Shown: one piece after another, positions 19,288 through 29,021 of the stretch
Layout of the letters: each line of letters starts with the position of its first letter
Position numbering within the stretch: the first letter of the stretch is position 1
Assembly: GCF_004765795.1 (NCBI RefSeq)
Contig: NZ_SBIV01000007.1
Location: 124,001-188,000, forward strand
Origin: Halorussus marinus
Lineage (GTDB): Archaea > Halobacteriota > Halobacteria > Halobacteriales > Haladaptataceae
Reading direction: 5' to 3'
DNA length: 64,000 nt
Notes under the pieces: generated by a model
The model's database searches: none
What the model was told of the DNA's origin: nothing
The model's input: the letters and a program-made list of their open reading frames with translations, nothing else
Position numbers and translations under genes: made by a program

Positions 19288-19636
19288 TTTGCTTGTGTAA
19301 TGGTTCGCTGTGCGTAATTAAATCATCCTCTGTAGAAGCGCCGTGAAGACGAGATCCATGCTCGAACGAATAGAATGACGTTCTGACTGAAGCCCCATCG
19401 GCCTACAGGTCATCTCAGTCCGGCTTCTGCTCGTTGAGCCAGACACCAAAGTAAGACGCGCCAGTCGTCTCCGGGGATGGGGATCTCGCTTATGGGGAGA
19501 CGAAACAAGTTATCGACGTCGAGCAGTACTGACTGACTCAGATTATTCTTCTGCGAAAGCCTTCTATCCAGCCAAATTGCGGATGAGCAATGTTGAAGCC
19601 CCGCTCGTTTTCATAGTCTATGTCCAAAGTGCAGGG

Positions 19637-20467
19637 ATGAACGACTCACAAGACACGCAAAATATACGACAGGGACTGTCCACCCGTGAAAGCCGACTTC
19701 TCTCACGACTCGCCGGCGCGGGCAACCAGATCATCTCCGTCGACGACATCGAGACGACCCTAGAGGTCGCCCCGAACACCGCCCGAGAGATCGCCTCCCG
19801 GCTCACTGAGAAAGGATGGCTGGACCGACTGTTCCCCGGTCGGTACCTCATCATCCCGCTCGCGGCCGGTGAAGAGGGTCTGTATACGACGCACGAGTAT
19901 CTCATCGCCTCGCACGTCGCCGAGCCGATGTACGTCGGCTACTACAGCGCCCTCAACCACCACGGGCTGACCGAACAAGTGCCCCGGACGGTGTACGTCG
20001 TCACCCCCTCCCGGGCACAGAGTCGGGAGATCCACGGCGTCCCCTATCGCGTCGTGACGGTCACCGAGCGCAAATTCTTCGGGTACGAGCCGACGGCCAT
20101 CGAGGGTACCGCCGTGGACGTCGCAGACATAGAGAAGACGCTCGTTGACTGTGCCGACCATCCCGAGTTTGGTGGTGGCATCCGCGAACTCGCACAGGCG
20201 ATGGTCGCCGCGGACGATCGGGACTGTTCGTGGACGACGGTCGGTGAGTACCTCCAGCGACTCGACAATGGCGCTGCGACCAAGCGGATCGTCTACCTGG
20301 CAGACCAGCTGGGTATCGACCTCCCGACGCGTGAGACGCTCCTCGAGTCATTCACAAGTGGGTACTCGCTGCTCGACCCAACGCGAGGCAAGCAGGGAAG
20401 TTACGACAGTGAGTATCGCCTCCGAATCAACGTCGACTGGGAGAGACTCGATTCGATGGAATCCTGA
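19637..20467 (+). CDS. Type IV TA AbiEi-family antitoxin / transcriptional regulator
   Basis: wHTH (RLTEKGWLDRLFPGRY), YVGYYSALNHHGLTEQ, DIEKTLVD. Confidence 0.85.
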   Translation: MNDSQDTQNIRQGLSTRESRLLSRLAGAGNQIISVDDIETTLEVAPNTAREIASRLTEKGWLDRLFPGRYLIIPLAAGEEGLYTTHEYLIASHVAEPMYVGYYSALNHHGLTEQVPRTVYVVTPSRAQSREIHGVPYRVVTVTERKFFGYEPTAIEGTAVDVADIEKTLVDCADHPEFGGGIRELAQAMVAADDRDCSWTTVGEYLQRLDNGAATKRIVYLADQLGIDLPTRETLLESFTSGYSLLDPTRGKQGSYDSEYRLRINVDWERLDSMES

Positions 20468-20531
20468 TGCCAGGTCGGTCCGAAAGGTAGCGTGAATTAA
20501 GATGCTCCCCCAAGTACAGCGAATCAAGTAG

Positions 20532-21407
20532 ATGGGTCACGTCTATTATCACCATCCGGGCGACAATCAGTTCTCTCTTGATTTTGTCCACGAGGCTCCA
20601 TCAGAGATCGTTGCCAGGATTGTCGAGTACGACGATGACGTGGCGGTGAAGGTTCGCAAGTACGATCTTGACAGCGAGTTCTTCGGTATCTATACGTCTC
20701 GCGTCGATGGTGGGGACGTCGGGGATCTCGAATTCGATCTTGGCGAGGCACTCTCAGAGATGGGTGCTGATAACGGTACCATCGTTGCTCGGCTCCTCGA
20801 GATCTATCAAGCGCTCATAGCCCAGAACGAGGAAGAAGAAGGAGTTCCCGTTGAAGCGTACAAGAACATCGACATCGATGCACTCCCAGACGCGCTCAAC
20901 CGGGTGTCGTGGGAGGGCAACGCGACTGATGTTGCAGGCCGTCTCGCCTCAAATCTCATTCTCAAACACGCGCTTCCGAATGCGAACCATCGGACTGCTG
21001 TTGCCCTGATTCAGTTCTACCTCCGTCGGATTGCTCCCGATTTCTCGATGCCAGAGACCTCCGTGGAAATCGACTCAGAGACATACGACTGGCGGGAGTG
21101 GGTAAACGAGTATATTAACGAGTCAAAGCGTCTCTTGACGGTTCGTCGGAAGAATGTGCTCCTCAAGCATCTCTCTGACTTCGGAGCGACAACGCTTGAG
21201 CGGAAACACGAGGTCCAGATCGACCTGACGGCATACGATCTGGATATGTATCCCGCAGAAGCGAAGACAGTCTACGCAACAGCGCACGAGGAGCTCTGGG
21301 TCGAATTCGTCGAAGAGGCGGTTGAGCGCACCGACAACCCCAAGCTGATGGAAACCCCCGGACTATCTAAAGCGGAGTTCGCAGAGAAAATCCGGAATCT
21401 CGAGTAA
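20532..21407 (+). CDS. Fic/Doc-family protein
   Basis: HALPNANHRTA, a variant of the Doc motif HxFxDGNKRTA. Confidence 0.65.
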   Translation: MGHVYYHHPGDNQFSLDFVHEAPSEIVARIVEYDDDVAVKVRKYDLDSEFFGIYTSRVDGGDVGDLEFDLGEALSEMGADNGTIVARLLEIYQALIAQNEEEEGVPVEAYKNIDIDALPDALNRVSWEGNATDVAGRLASNLILKHALPNANHRTAVALIQFYLRRIAPDFSMPETSVEIDSETYDWREWVNEYINESKRLLTVRRKNVLLKHLSDFGATTLERKHEVQIDLTAYDLDMYPAEAKTVYATAHEELWVEFVEEAVERTDNPKLMETPGLSKAEFAEKIRNLE

Positions 21408-21417
21408 GCGGCGTACG

Positions 21418-21522
21418 TTAGTCCTGGAGCGTCGCGACCGTGCGGCCGGTTTCTTCGGCCTCTTCGCTCCGCGACATCCCGTATGTTGCGAGAGCTTCTT
21501 CAACAGCGTCGTCCAGACTCAT
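21418..21522 (-). CDS. Small acidic protein, 34 aa (MSLDDAVEEALATYGMSRSEEAEETGRTVATLQD)
   Basis: Read manually; TTTATA box about 30 nt upstream (21552-21557, minus strand); haloarchaeal-like codon use. Confidence 0.5.
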   Translation of the reverse strand: MSLDDAVEEALATYGMSRSEEAEETGRTVATLQD

Positions 21523-21581
21523 TGGTCAAACAAATCTTGGCTCTGCCGAGGTATAAAGTCTCGCACGATTTGCGTATCTGC

Positions 21582-22250
21582 CTAGGTACGCTCGGTTTCA
21601 CGGTAGGCAACGTCAAGATCGAGGTCCTCGTACATCCGGTCGAGCATCGCCAGCCCCGACTGGAACTGGGCGTAGTTCTCGCGCATATACTCGATTGTCT
21701 CTGCTCTCGGGATCACCGGGTAGCCCTCGACGTCCTTGATGTCGAGTGACGCGCGTGGCCGGAGGACGATCTGCAGAGGTTCGTCCAGTTCGTCTCCGGG
21801 CTGTCGCTCGAATGCAGTGGGGAGGCCGAACGACTCGAAAAACACCTCCCAAGCGTCGACGTCCTGCTCACGAACAGCGAGGAACAGTGGATAGTCATCC
21901 GGATTCCGTCCAACTTGGTAGCCGCCTTGGGTCCACACGTAGACGGCGTCGATCCGCGTGAACGCAAACGGCCAGTCACCGAACTGTGGGATGACGTACG
22001 TTTCCTCGATGGAGGGAGGACTGACGCCGGCGCTGGCAGCGACGAGCTCTCGTGCTGCGTCGCGTACGCGCTCGTCGACGACTGAGAGGCCGTCGTCATA
22101 GGAGACGTAGCCTGCGTCTTCGAGTCGGTTGACGGCCTGTCTCACCGTCTCGTATGGTGTGTGGAGGTGTTGGGCGACACGGCGGATGGAGTCACCACTC
22201 TCGATGACGAGGATAGTTTGTGCCGCCGTGTCGTCGAGCACCTCATACAT
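21582..22250 (-). CDS. HTH-domain protein (haloarchaeal, TA-antitoxin-like)
   Basis: DSIRRVAQHLHTPYETVRQAVNRLEDAGYV HTH; ATG at 22250 with a TTTTAA box about 30 nt upstream. Confidence 0.7.
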   Translation of the reverse strand: MYEVLDDTAAQTILVIESGDSIRRVAQHLHTPYETVRQAVNRLEDAGYVSYDDGLSVVDERVRDAARELVAASAGVSPPSIEETYVIPQFGDWPFAFTRIDAVYVWTQGGYQVGRNPDDYPLFLAVREQDVDAWEVFFESFGLPTAFERQPGDELDEPLQIVLRPRASLDIKDVEGYPVIPRAETIEYMRENYAQFQSGLAMLDRMYEDLDLDVAYRETERT

Positions 22251-22454
22251 TTGGTAGTTACCAATAATCCGGTAACAGTTAAAAGTATTACTCGAACCGG
22301 TGTTTCGAGTACGACGCAATCATCGCTGCCCATGGCTTCACTCCAAGCCCGGGACGACACTCCTCACTGACCGCCGTCTCGATATTGCTGCCTCACGCCG
22401 CAGTTCTCCCCCATCACTTACCCGTCTCGGGCAGGAACTGAAGCCTGTCAGTAG

Positions 22455-22892
22455 ATGAATCCCGGAGACTCGCCGCCCTATGACCCAGAGGAACCCCCGG
22501 AGCTGCCGCCGATGCAGTGTGACGCCTGCGAAGGAGCCCTCCAGTCGCCGGAACGCGACATGCTGTCGTTTCTGTTGCTCGACCAGCTTACAGCCCCCAT
22601 CATCGGGTGTGACGACCACTTCCAGCAGTTCGCCTCGATCTGTGGCTACACGACGGACACGACTGCTGACCTCCTCGACCATCGACCTGCCGGCGGCGTT
22701 CCCTGTCCCAGTTGTGGCCTTGCAGCACATACGCCGCATCAACCGCTCGTCCAGGTTGCCGGCGGTGCTGTCGCGATTCTCGCCTGTCCCGAGCATCAAT
22801 CCGAGCTCATCACCCGATTCCGAACCGGCCTCGACACACAGCACCAGCTGACAACCCAACTGGACACAGCTGGAACTCGCGACGTGCTGTAA
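22455..22892 (+). CDS. Hypothetical Zn-binding protein
   Basis: Duplicated CxxC...CxxH motifs (CDAC/CDDH, CPSC/CPEH). Confidence 0.65.
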   Translation: MNPGDSPPYDPEEPPELPPMQCDACEGALQSPERDMLSFLLLDQLTAPIIGCDDHFQQFASICGYTTDTTADLLDHRPAGGVPCPSCGLAAHTPHQPLVQVAGGAVAILACPEHQSELITRFRTGLDTQHQLTTQLDTAGTRDVL

Positions 22893-22999
22893 CGCCGTTG
22901 CCATTCAACCAGGAGCAGCCGTAGGTTCTCGCAATCGCCTTCATTGCGAGCTCCATCGCTTCGACCATCCCCGTAACCCCCTGACACACCGAAATATTG

Positions 23000-23934
23000 G
23001 GGCGTGTTTAGACGCTAGTAGTTTTGCCTAATTGTCGGGATTACTAGGAAGTGAAGCGGGAAGGAATCGAGTGTGTCAACGAAACTTTCCCGCTTCACGC
23101 GGAAGGTTGTATCTCTCGCTAAAAAGGCCGTCGGTGGCGACCCAGACCCAGCCGTCGAGAAGGGTGACGGTGGCTACGCCGACTGGGTAATCGTGGGATT
23201 GCACGGGCTTCGAGAGTATCTCGGGCATCCCTACCGCCGACTGCTGGACGTCCTACACGAGATGCCCGAGATTGTCGCGGAATTCGGTCTCTCGGTGGCT
23301 GAATTACCCGATTTCACCACAGTCTGCACGCGAAAACAAGCCCTAGAGATGCAGATTTGGCGCGTCCTCTTGCGATTATCGGCACAGCTGCAGGAAACCG
23401 GGGATGTTCAGGCGATCGACGCAACCGGCTTCGATCGCATCAGCGCAAGCCAGCACTACGCAAATCGCACGAACTACACCTTCAGCTCGGTGAAGACAAC
23501 CGCTCTCGTTGACTGTCAAACGAGTCTGATTCTAGATATACATTGTTCGATGAAACAACCGCACGATACACAGATTGGCTGGCAGGTGTTGAAACGAAAC
23601 CTCCACCGGGTCGAAACGATCACTGCGGACAAAGGATACGATTGGGACGAATTCCGCCACAATCTCCGCGAAGAAGGCGTGAGACCGGTAATCAAACATC
23701 GAGAATTTTCCTCGCTTGACGCCGCACATAACGCTCGAATCGACGACGAAACCTACCATCGACGATCAGTCGTCGAATCCGTCTTCGCCTCACTTCGGCG
23801 TCGCTTCGACGACACAATCCGAGCGAGAACCTGGTTCGGTCAGTTTCGGGAAATCGTCCTCAAAGCCGCCGTCAAAAATATCGAAGCCGCCATCAACCTC
23901 TGAAACCGCTGAAATCAAGCCTCTAAACACACCC
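23000..23934 (+). mobile_element. Intact IS5-family (ISH1-group-like) insertion sequence
   Basis: TIRs GGGCGTGTTTAGACGC / GCCTCTAAACACACCC; 8-bp target duplication AAATATTG at 22992-22999 and 23935-23942. Confidence 0.92.
23073..23903 (+). CDS. IS5-family DDE transposase
   Basis: AIDATG, TADKGYD, YHRRSVVESVF. Confidence 0.92.
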   Translation: MSTKLSRFTRKVVSLAKKAVGGDPDPAVEKGDGGYADWVIVGLHGLREYLGHPYRRLLDVLHEMPEIVAEFGLSVAELPDFTTVCTRKQALEMQIWRVLLRLSAQLQETGDVQAIDATGFDRISASQHYANRTNYTFSSVKTTALVDCQTSLILDIHCSMKQPHDTQIGWQVLKRNLHRVETITADKGYDWDEFRHNLREEGVRPVIKHREFSSLDAAHNARIDDETYHRRSVVESVFASLRRRFDDTIRARTWFGQFREIVLKAAVKNIEAAINL

Positions 23935-24138
23935 AAATATTGTGTTCTGGTTTTCCGAAACGACACCCCTCATTAAGGCGCGTTCTTACCAGCCTGAATT
24001 AGAGTGAAACTGCCGGTCAGTAGGTGTGCAAACTGAGCGGTGGGCTTTGAAGAGGTGCGCCGACCACTGTCGAAGTCGAAGTAGACCCGGACGAGATAGG
24101 GGCAAAACCTACTACTCAGGAAGTTCACCCGTTGGATA

Positions 24139-25434
24139 ATGGGTAATAGTGAGATAGTTGAGGAATTGTTTGATTATGTCGTTACTGTTCCCGACGGCAC
24201 GGCGATTGATATCGACCCCCATATTGAGAGTGGTGTGTCTGATGAGTTTTACTATAAATTAAATATATACTTTGACGAATGTTGCGCTTTAGATGTTCGT
24301 GAAGACCGTATATCAGCAGCCCATGCGTCGTCGGAGCTACGAGATATCTTATTAGATGTGACCAGCTCGGACAATCGAGTGGAAGAGTTCGAAAGGCGGG
24401 TGAAAGACTGGGTGTCAGAAATCAAGCAATCTGGATGGTATTCATACGAGGTTGCTTTTCCCCTCAACATGGTGGATAGCCCCAAGATGCCTGAGAATTT
24501 CTCAGTCACCGGCACCCAAATCAACAACATTACGCGGGACCAGTGGGTCGAGAATTACTTGAACCCCGCCCGTCAGGAAAACGATAGTCTCAGTAATTAC
24601 TTCAGCCGAATACCAAATGACCCATCAGACCGCGACTATACGTATTGGGTTCTAAAGTGTGAAGCCACAGATGGGGGATTTGCAACCCATACCGCGTTCG
24701 ACTACCTGAGGACATTATTGGCTAGAATAACATTTGCGGACTGTCTTTGGCGTCACAGACCGTCGAGCAGTAAGATACCACGAGTGCGTTGGTCCAGACT
24801 CCGAGAGCCATTTATGATTCTGGTTTTTGAAGATAGTTCATTCCACACACTCCAAATTCGAGACTACGACAACAGACGACCAGAGTCAATCCGGTGGCAC
24901 GATGAAGAAATGCGGGAAGTGTTCGATTCAATTCCCGATTTCTCAGAACCTCTATCCGAACTAGAATCAGACGTGAATGATGCTTTACGAGCGTATTTGG
25001 CGGGGATCACCGAACTCGATGTCAACGAATCATTCTTCGCGTTCTGGAGAGGGATTGAGATTCTGTCCCAGAAGGGCCGAGGTGATAATGCAGAAGTCGC
25101 TAAGAAGAGAGCTGATTTCGCACGAGAGTTTGTTGCCCCCGAGATGATTCGGGAAGATGTCTACAACGACGTTATTTCGGATTTTGAGGATATTCGTAAT
25201 GAAATTGCTCACGAAGGGTATTCTAGAACAACAGAGTATCACCAGATATACGCCAAGATTTTATTGGATAGTCTTCTGCGACTATATTTCGAGTATATGG
25301 ACGACCTTGATAAACAAGAACTGGAGTTCTTACTCGATTACGGAGCAGCTTCAGACGATGGCAAAGGGGAGCTGCGAACCCGAAATGAGAAACTTCGAAG
25401 GGTAATTGATTTTATCTCTGAAGAGACGGCGTAA
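24139..25434 (+). CDS. HEPN-domain protein (ApeA-like architecture), putative defence RNase
   Basis: FFAFWRGIEILS helix and RNEIAH (Rx4H) motif; AT-richer than flanks. Confidence 0.6.
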   Translation: MGNSEIVEELFDYVVTVPDGTAIDIDPHIESGVSDEFYYKLNIYFDECCALDVREDRISAAHASSELRDILLDVTSSDNRVEEFERRVKDWVSEIKQSGWYSYEVAFPLNMVDSPKMPENFSVTGTQINNITRDQWVENYLNPARQENDSLSNYFSRIPNDPSDRDYTYWVLKCEATDGGFATHTAFDYLRTLLARITFADCLWRHRPSSSKIPRVRWSRLREPFMILVFEDSSFHTLQIRDYDNRRPESIRWHDEEMREVFDSIPDFSEPLSELESDVNDALRAYLAGITELDVNESFFAFWRGIEILSQKGRGDNAEVAKKRADFAREFVAPEMIREDVYNDVISDFEDIRNEIAHEGYSRTTEYHQIYAKILLDSLLRLYFEYMDDLDKQELEFLLDYGAASDDGKGELRTRNEKLRRVIDFISEETA

Positions 25435-25703
25435 TAACCGCACTCGGACACTTGATGGGCTTTGACAAGATTTAGGCCCGTCGAGTTTTTGGAACTCCAG
25501 AAGGTGGTACTTCTCACACCCTCAATCGCTCAGCAGACAGACTGTAGTGGCTGGGCATTTAATCTTCTGTACTTACCGACCGAAGCCCAGAATCCGTCCG
25601 CAGTTGACGGGTTCAACAGAGCAACTCGTGCGCGTTCTACGGAACACTTGGAACGCGTCCAACCGTTACTCTGTCTACCGCAGCGTCTGCTCAGCCATTG
25701 CTG

Positions 25704-26102
25704 TCACTCCTCGAAGGTCATGCCGTAGCCCCACTCTTCGAGATGGCCTTCGACCTCGTCGAGATGGTCCAACCCGGCCTTCATCAGCGCCTCTCGAAGG
25801 TCGGTAAGCGAGACGTCGTCGTCGAAGCGGTCCTCAAGCTCTCGCTGGGCGTCACGTTCCGCGCTTTTGGTTTCGCCCTGCAGGAACAATGGGACGCGCT
25901 CGCGGCCATCCTGGACCCCATCACGCCGGAATTTGTACGGGATCTGCATCGACCGCTGCTGCCGAGCCGACTGCGGTGACTCCGTCTCCGCCGGTTCGGA
26001 CTCTGTCGCGGTCGTCTCAGTCGCTGTCGATTCCTCCACCTCAGTACTGTCATCGTTCGCTGCGAAGGGGTCCTCGCCGGCGCCTTCTTTCATGCCCGTC
26101 AT
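25704..26102 (-). CDS. ParA-partner small DNA-binding protein
   Basis: 4-nt overlap with parA; disordered acidic N-terminus and an RHH-like C-terminus. Confidence 0.65.
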   Translation of the reverse strand: MTGMKEGAGEDPFAANDDSTEVEESTATETTATESEPAETESPQSARQQRSMQIPYKFRRDGVQDGRERVPLFLQGETKSAERDAQRELEDRFDDDVSLTDLREALMKAGLDHLDEVEGHLEEWGYGMTFEE

Positions 26103-26974
26103 GCCGATAGCACCTCGTGGTCAAGATCGCCGGGTTCCGGTGGATTCGGGGCCTCGAGGCCGACCTGCTCCTCCAAGTGGCGAGCGATCCGATCGAACTG
26201 GGCGAGCGTCTCGATTTCGTAGTCCCGCCGGCGATCTCGATGTTCCCGGACGTACTCGAACGCCGAACACTGCTGCATCCAACAGCCCTCCATCAGCGAC
26301 GCCCGTTCCCCGATAATCTCGGGAATCGGGTAGTCGATTTCGTCGAGAATCGTCCGCTGGTCGCGCGTATCCTTGAACCCAATTGGGACCGCCGCAAGCA
26401 CGCCGACCTCGACGTCGAGCTGGTCCTCGAGGCCGCCGACAAGTGACTCGAGGCCTTCGACGGCCGCGCGCCCCTTTGCGCTCGGTTCGACGGGGATAAC
26501 GAGCGAGCGCGTGGCGTGTATCGCGTTGTAGAGATGCGGGCCCTCGGTTGCCGGTGGGTCACAGATGAGGACGTCATACTCGTCGGGCACGCCGGCGTCG
26601 CGGAGCACGCGGAGTAACTGGGCGTGCATGCCGAACGCTTCCCCCATTGCTTCTGCCTGGTCTTTCTCGCGCTGCAGGTATTCGGCGAGATCCGAGAGCA
26701 TGTTGTGTTCCGGGATGATGTCGACGCCTTCGACGGTTCGGACGAGGTCGTCGAAATCGCCGTTCGGGCGGCGAATCATGTGCCGGACGAGATTGTCAAC
26801 GGACTCGGTGCGGTCCGTGTCGACGCCGAAGAGCCGGGAGAGGTCGCCATCCTGTGGGTCGAGGGGGACGACGAGCGGGTTCAGGCCTGCTCGGGCGTGT
26901 GCGACTGCCAAATTCGCGGCGGTCGTCGTTTTGCCAACCCCGCCGGCTTCGCTGTACGTCGAGTACGCTAACAT
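26099..26974 (-). CDS. parA: ParA/Soj-family ATPase
   Basis: GGVGKTT, LDPQ, YDVLICDPP, LVIPVEP. Confidence 0.88.
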   Translation of the reverse strand: MLAYSTYSEAGGVGKTTTAANLAVAHARAGLNPLVVPLDPQDGDLSRLFGVDTDRTESVDNLVRHMIRRPNGDFDDLVRTVEGVDIIPEHNMLSDLAEYLQREKDQAEAMGEAFGMHAQLLRVLRDAGVPDEYDVLICDPPATEGPHLYNAIHATRSLVIPVEPSAKGRAAVEGLESLVGGLEDQLDVEVGVLAAVPIGFKDTRDQRTILDEIDYPIPEIIGERASLMEGCWMQQCSAFEYVREHRDRRRDYEIETLAQFDRIARHLEEQVGLEAPNPPEPGDLDHEVLSA

Positions 26975-27239
26975 GCTCACCCCATGGACACCATTCATCT
27001 TGAAAGTTCGGTGTGTTCATTCATTACTGTAGTTCGTTATGTGGTATGGTTGGGTCCAGTAGCGAACCCAACGAGTGAACATAGTGAATGAATAAGGCTA
27101 GTGAACACAAACAATGAATTGGTGGGGTGGATGTCGTTAATGAATGTGTGTGCTGATAATGGGTAATGGAGTGGATTAATGAATCATGTTCATGGTGTTT
27201 ACCACCGAATCCGATGACAGCGACGGGGTGGCGGGGTCG

Positions 27240-27671
27240 CTATCGGGCTTCGGGTTCGTGCAACAACTCCGCAAAGGCGACGGATTCCTTCACGTCGGTA
27301 ATCTCAACGTCGGCCTGATCACCGGGCTGGGTCCCAGGCACGATAACAATAAACCCTCGTTCGACCTTCGCAATCCCGTCCCCCTGGTCGCCCAATGTCT
27401 CGATCGTCACCGACCGCACATCCCCCACTTCAACAGGTGGATCCCCATTCTCGGGCTGTTCCGGACTCTGACCGCCTTCTAGAGCCGATTCCGCGGGGGC
27501 TGCTGCTTGCGTGTCGGGTTGGGCCGCAAGCAGAGCAACCCGGTACACATCATCGGTGGTTAGTGAGCTGTCGTCGACGACCGCGTTCGGGACCGGAATC
27601 ACGTATCGATCGTCGTGCTTTTCGAGTTGAGTTTCGTAGAGGAGTCGGAGCGAATCGGAAATCTCTGCCAT
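27240..27671 (-). CDS. TRAM-domain protein
   Basis: PPVEVGDVRSVTIETLGDQGDGIAKVERGFIVIVPG. Confidence 0.85.
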   Translation of the reverse strand: MAEISDSLRLLYETQLEKHDDRYVIPVPNAVVDDSSLTTDDVYRVALLAAQPDTQAAAPAESALEGGQSPEQPENGDPPVEVGDVRSVTIETLGDQGDGIAKVERGFIVIVPGTQPGDQADVEITDVKESVAFAELLHEPEAR

Positions 27672-27872
27672 TAGGGGCTGTTAGGCGGGCTGACTAAAGG
27701 AAATTTGGTTCCGCTGCGAATCAACCACCCTCCGAACAGTAGTTGAGACTGGCTGTCTCAATGCATATGGCTCCGATCGGCTTTGTAGCCATAGCCGGAG
27801 TAACTCCTTCAATATTTTCGTAGCTTTCACACCTAACACTCTTTGCAGTGGATGACGTATCTCTGCTCTACG

Positions 27873-28244
27873 ATGTCCATCGACCGAGATACCTTCGAGA
27901 ACACGAGCGAGGACGAACTCGCGGATCTCTCCGTCCCCGATCAAGTCCTCGGGTTTCTCGTCGCTAATGAGGATCGCGCGTTCAAGGCCCGCGAAATCGC
28001 GTCCCAGATCGGCGTCGACGAGGGTGCGGTCAGTACGGGGCTCTCACGGTTGAAGAACCGAGACCTCGTGGAACACAAGGCAACGTATTGGGCGGTGACC
28101 GACGACGAGGAACGTCTTGACGGGTACAGCGGCTACGAACGAGCGACCGCACTGTTCAACGAGCAGCTCGGTACAGAGGATGAAGAGTCCTGGCGTGAAC
28201 ACGCGCCAAGTGAGCCGCACCCCAGCGTCGAGGACGAACAGTGA
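27873..28244 (+). CDS. wHTH antitoxin-like protein
   Basis: AFKAREIASQIGVDEGAVSTGLSRLK; overlaps the downstream toxin gene. Confidence 0.75.
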   Translation: MSIDRDTFENTSEDELADLSVPDQVLGFLVANEDRAFKAREIASQIGVDEGAVSTGLSRLKNRDLVEHKATYWAVTDDEERLDGYSGYERATALFNEQLGTEDEESWREHAPSEPHPSVEDEQ

Positions 28245-28591
28245 CCAACGAAGAGACCCCAATTTTCGAGCGTAGCGACGTCGTCTACGGGGATGATCCG
28301 TTCAAAATCGTGGAGGACGCTCGTCCCTGGCTCATTCTCTCGAACCATGATGGCCGTCCGTTCCACGGCGAGCAGTATATCGCGGTGACGCTCACAACGA
28401 AATCATGGATGGACGGCTTGATCGAGATTCCAGCGGGGAGCTGGCATCGTGGTGGAACCCCGGATGAAAGTCGAATCGTTCCGTGGGGTGTCCAATCAAT
28501 CGACCACGAAGATATCGACTTCTGGCAAGGCCGGCTTGCCAGCGATCTCGTCGACGAGGCCGTTGCCGCTCTAGTCGAAGAACTTCAGTAG
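28241..28591 (+). CDS. PemK/MazF-family toxin
   Basis: ERSDVVYGDDPF...RPWLILSN...IAVTLTT. Confidence 0.75.
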   Translation: MTNEETPIFERSDVVYGDDPFKIVEDARPWLILSNHDGRPFHGEQYIAVTLTTKSWMDGLIEIPAGSWHRGGTPDESRIVPWGVQSIDHEDIDFWQGRLASDLVDEAVAALVEELQ

Positions 28592-29021
28592 CTTGACTCT
28601 GGTATTTTGTTCGGCTGGTATTCTGGTAAAACAGCCGTTAGGTAGAGATGCGATGGAAGTCCGTCTCTGTGATTATTTTGGGAAAATCCAAATACACTTA
28701 TTCGGGAACTAACTCTCGTGAGTTAATAGAGTGCGACGAGTGGGGCAGGAGAGACGCCACACCAACGAAGATTGAATATGTGGTTGAAGAAACCGAAACG
28801 ATCCCCCTTTGTGACGATTGTCGGGACGAATTCAAGGACGGCGGATTCGTTCAGGATGTTTCTCCAGTCGAGCAATAGGCTATCTGTACGTAACACTCAA
28901 CGTCGGTATCCCGAGCGAGCGAGATCGGGAGACACACCGTATACCGAGCGAAATATCGGCTTCTTTCAGCGGAAACGGTGGTGTGGAATAGGTGTTAAGC
29001 AGGTCGTTTTATGGCAGATGT

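Noticed and set aside
19577..19636. Extended N-termini given by the ORF track (e.g. 19577, 2340, 22319, 48088, 54636, 60385)
   Set aside because: Downstream ATGs fit homology, gene coupling and promoter positions better, so starts were shortened.
23984..24030. Possible fifth array site (TCTTACCAGCC) upstream of the HEPN gene
   Set aside because: Only a partial left arm; no matching right arm 23-25 nt downstream.
28648..28878. 76-aa ORF with LCDDC motif
   Set aside because: Probably a decayed small Zn-finger gene; frame and start are not convincing.
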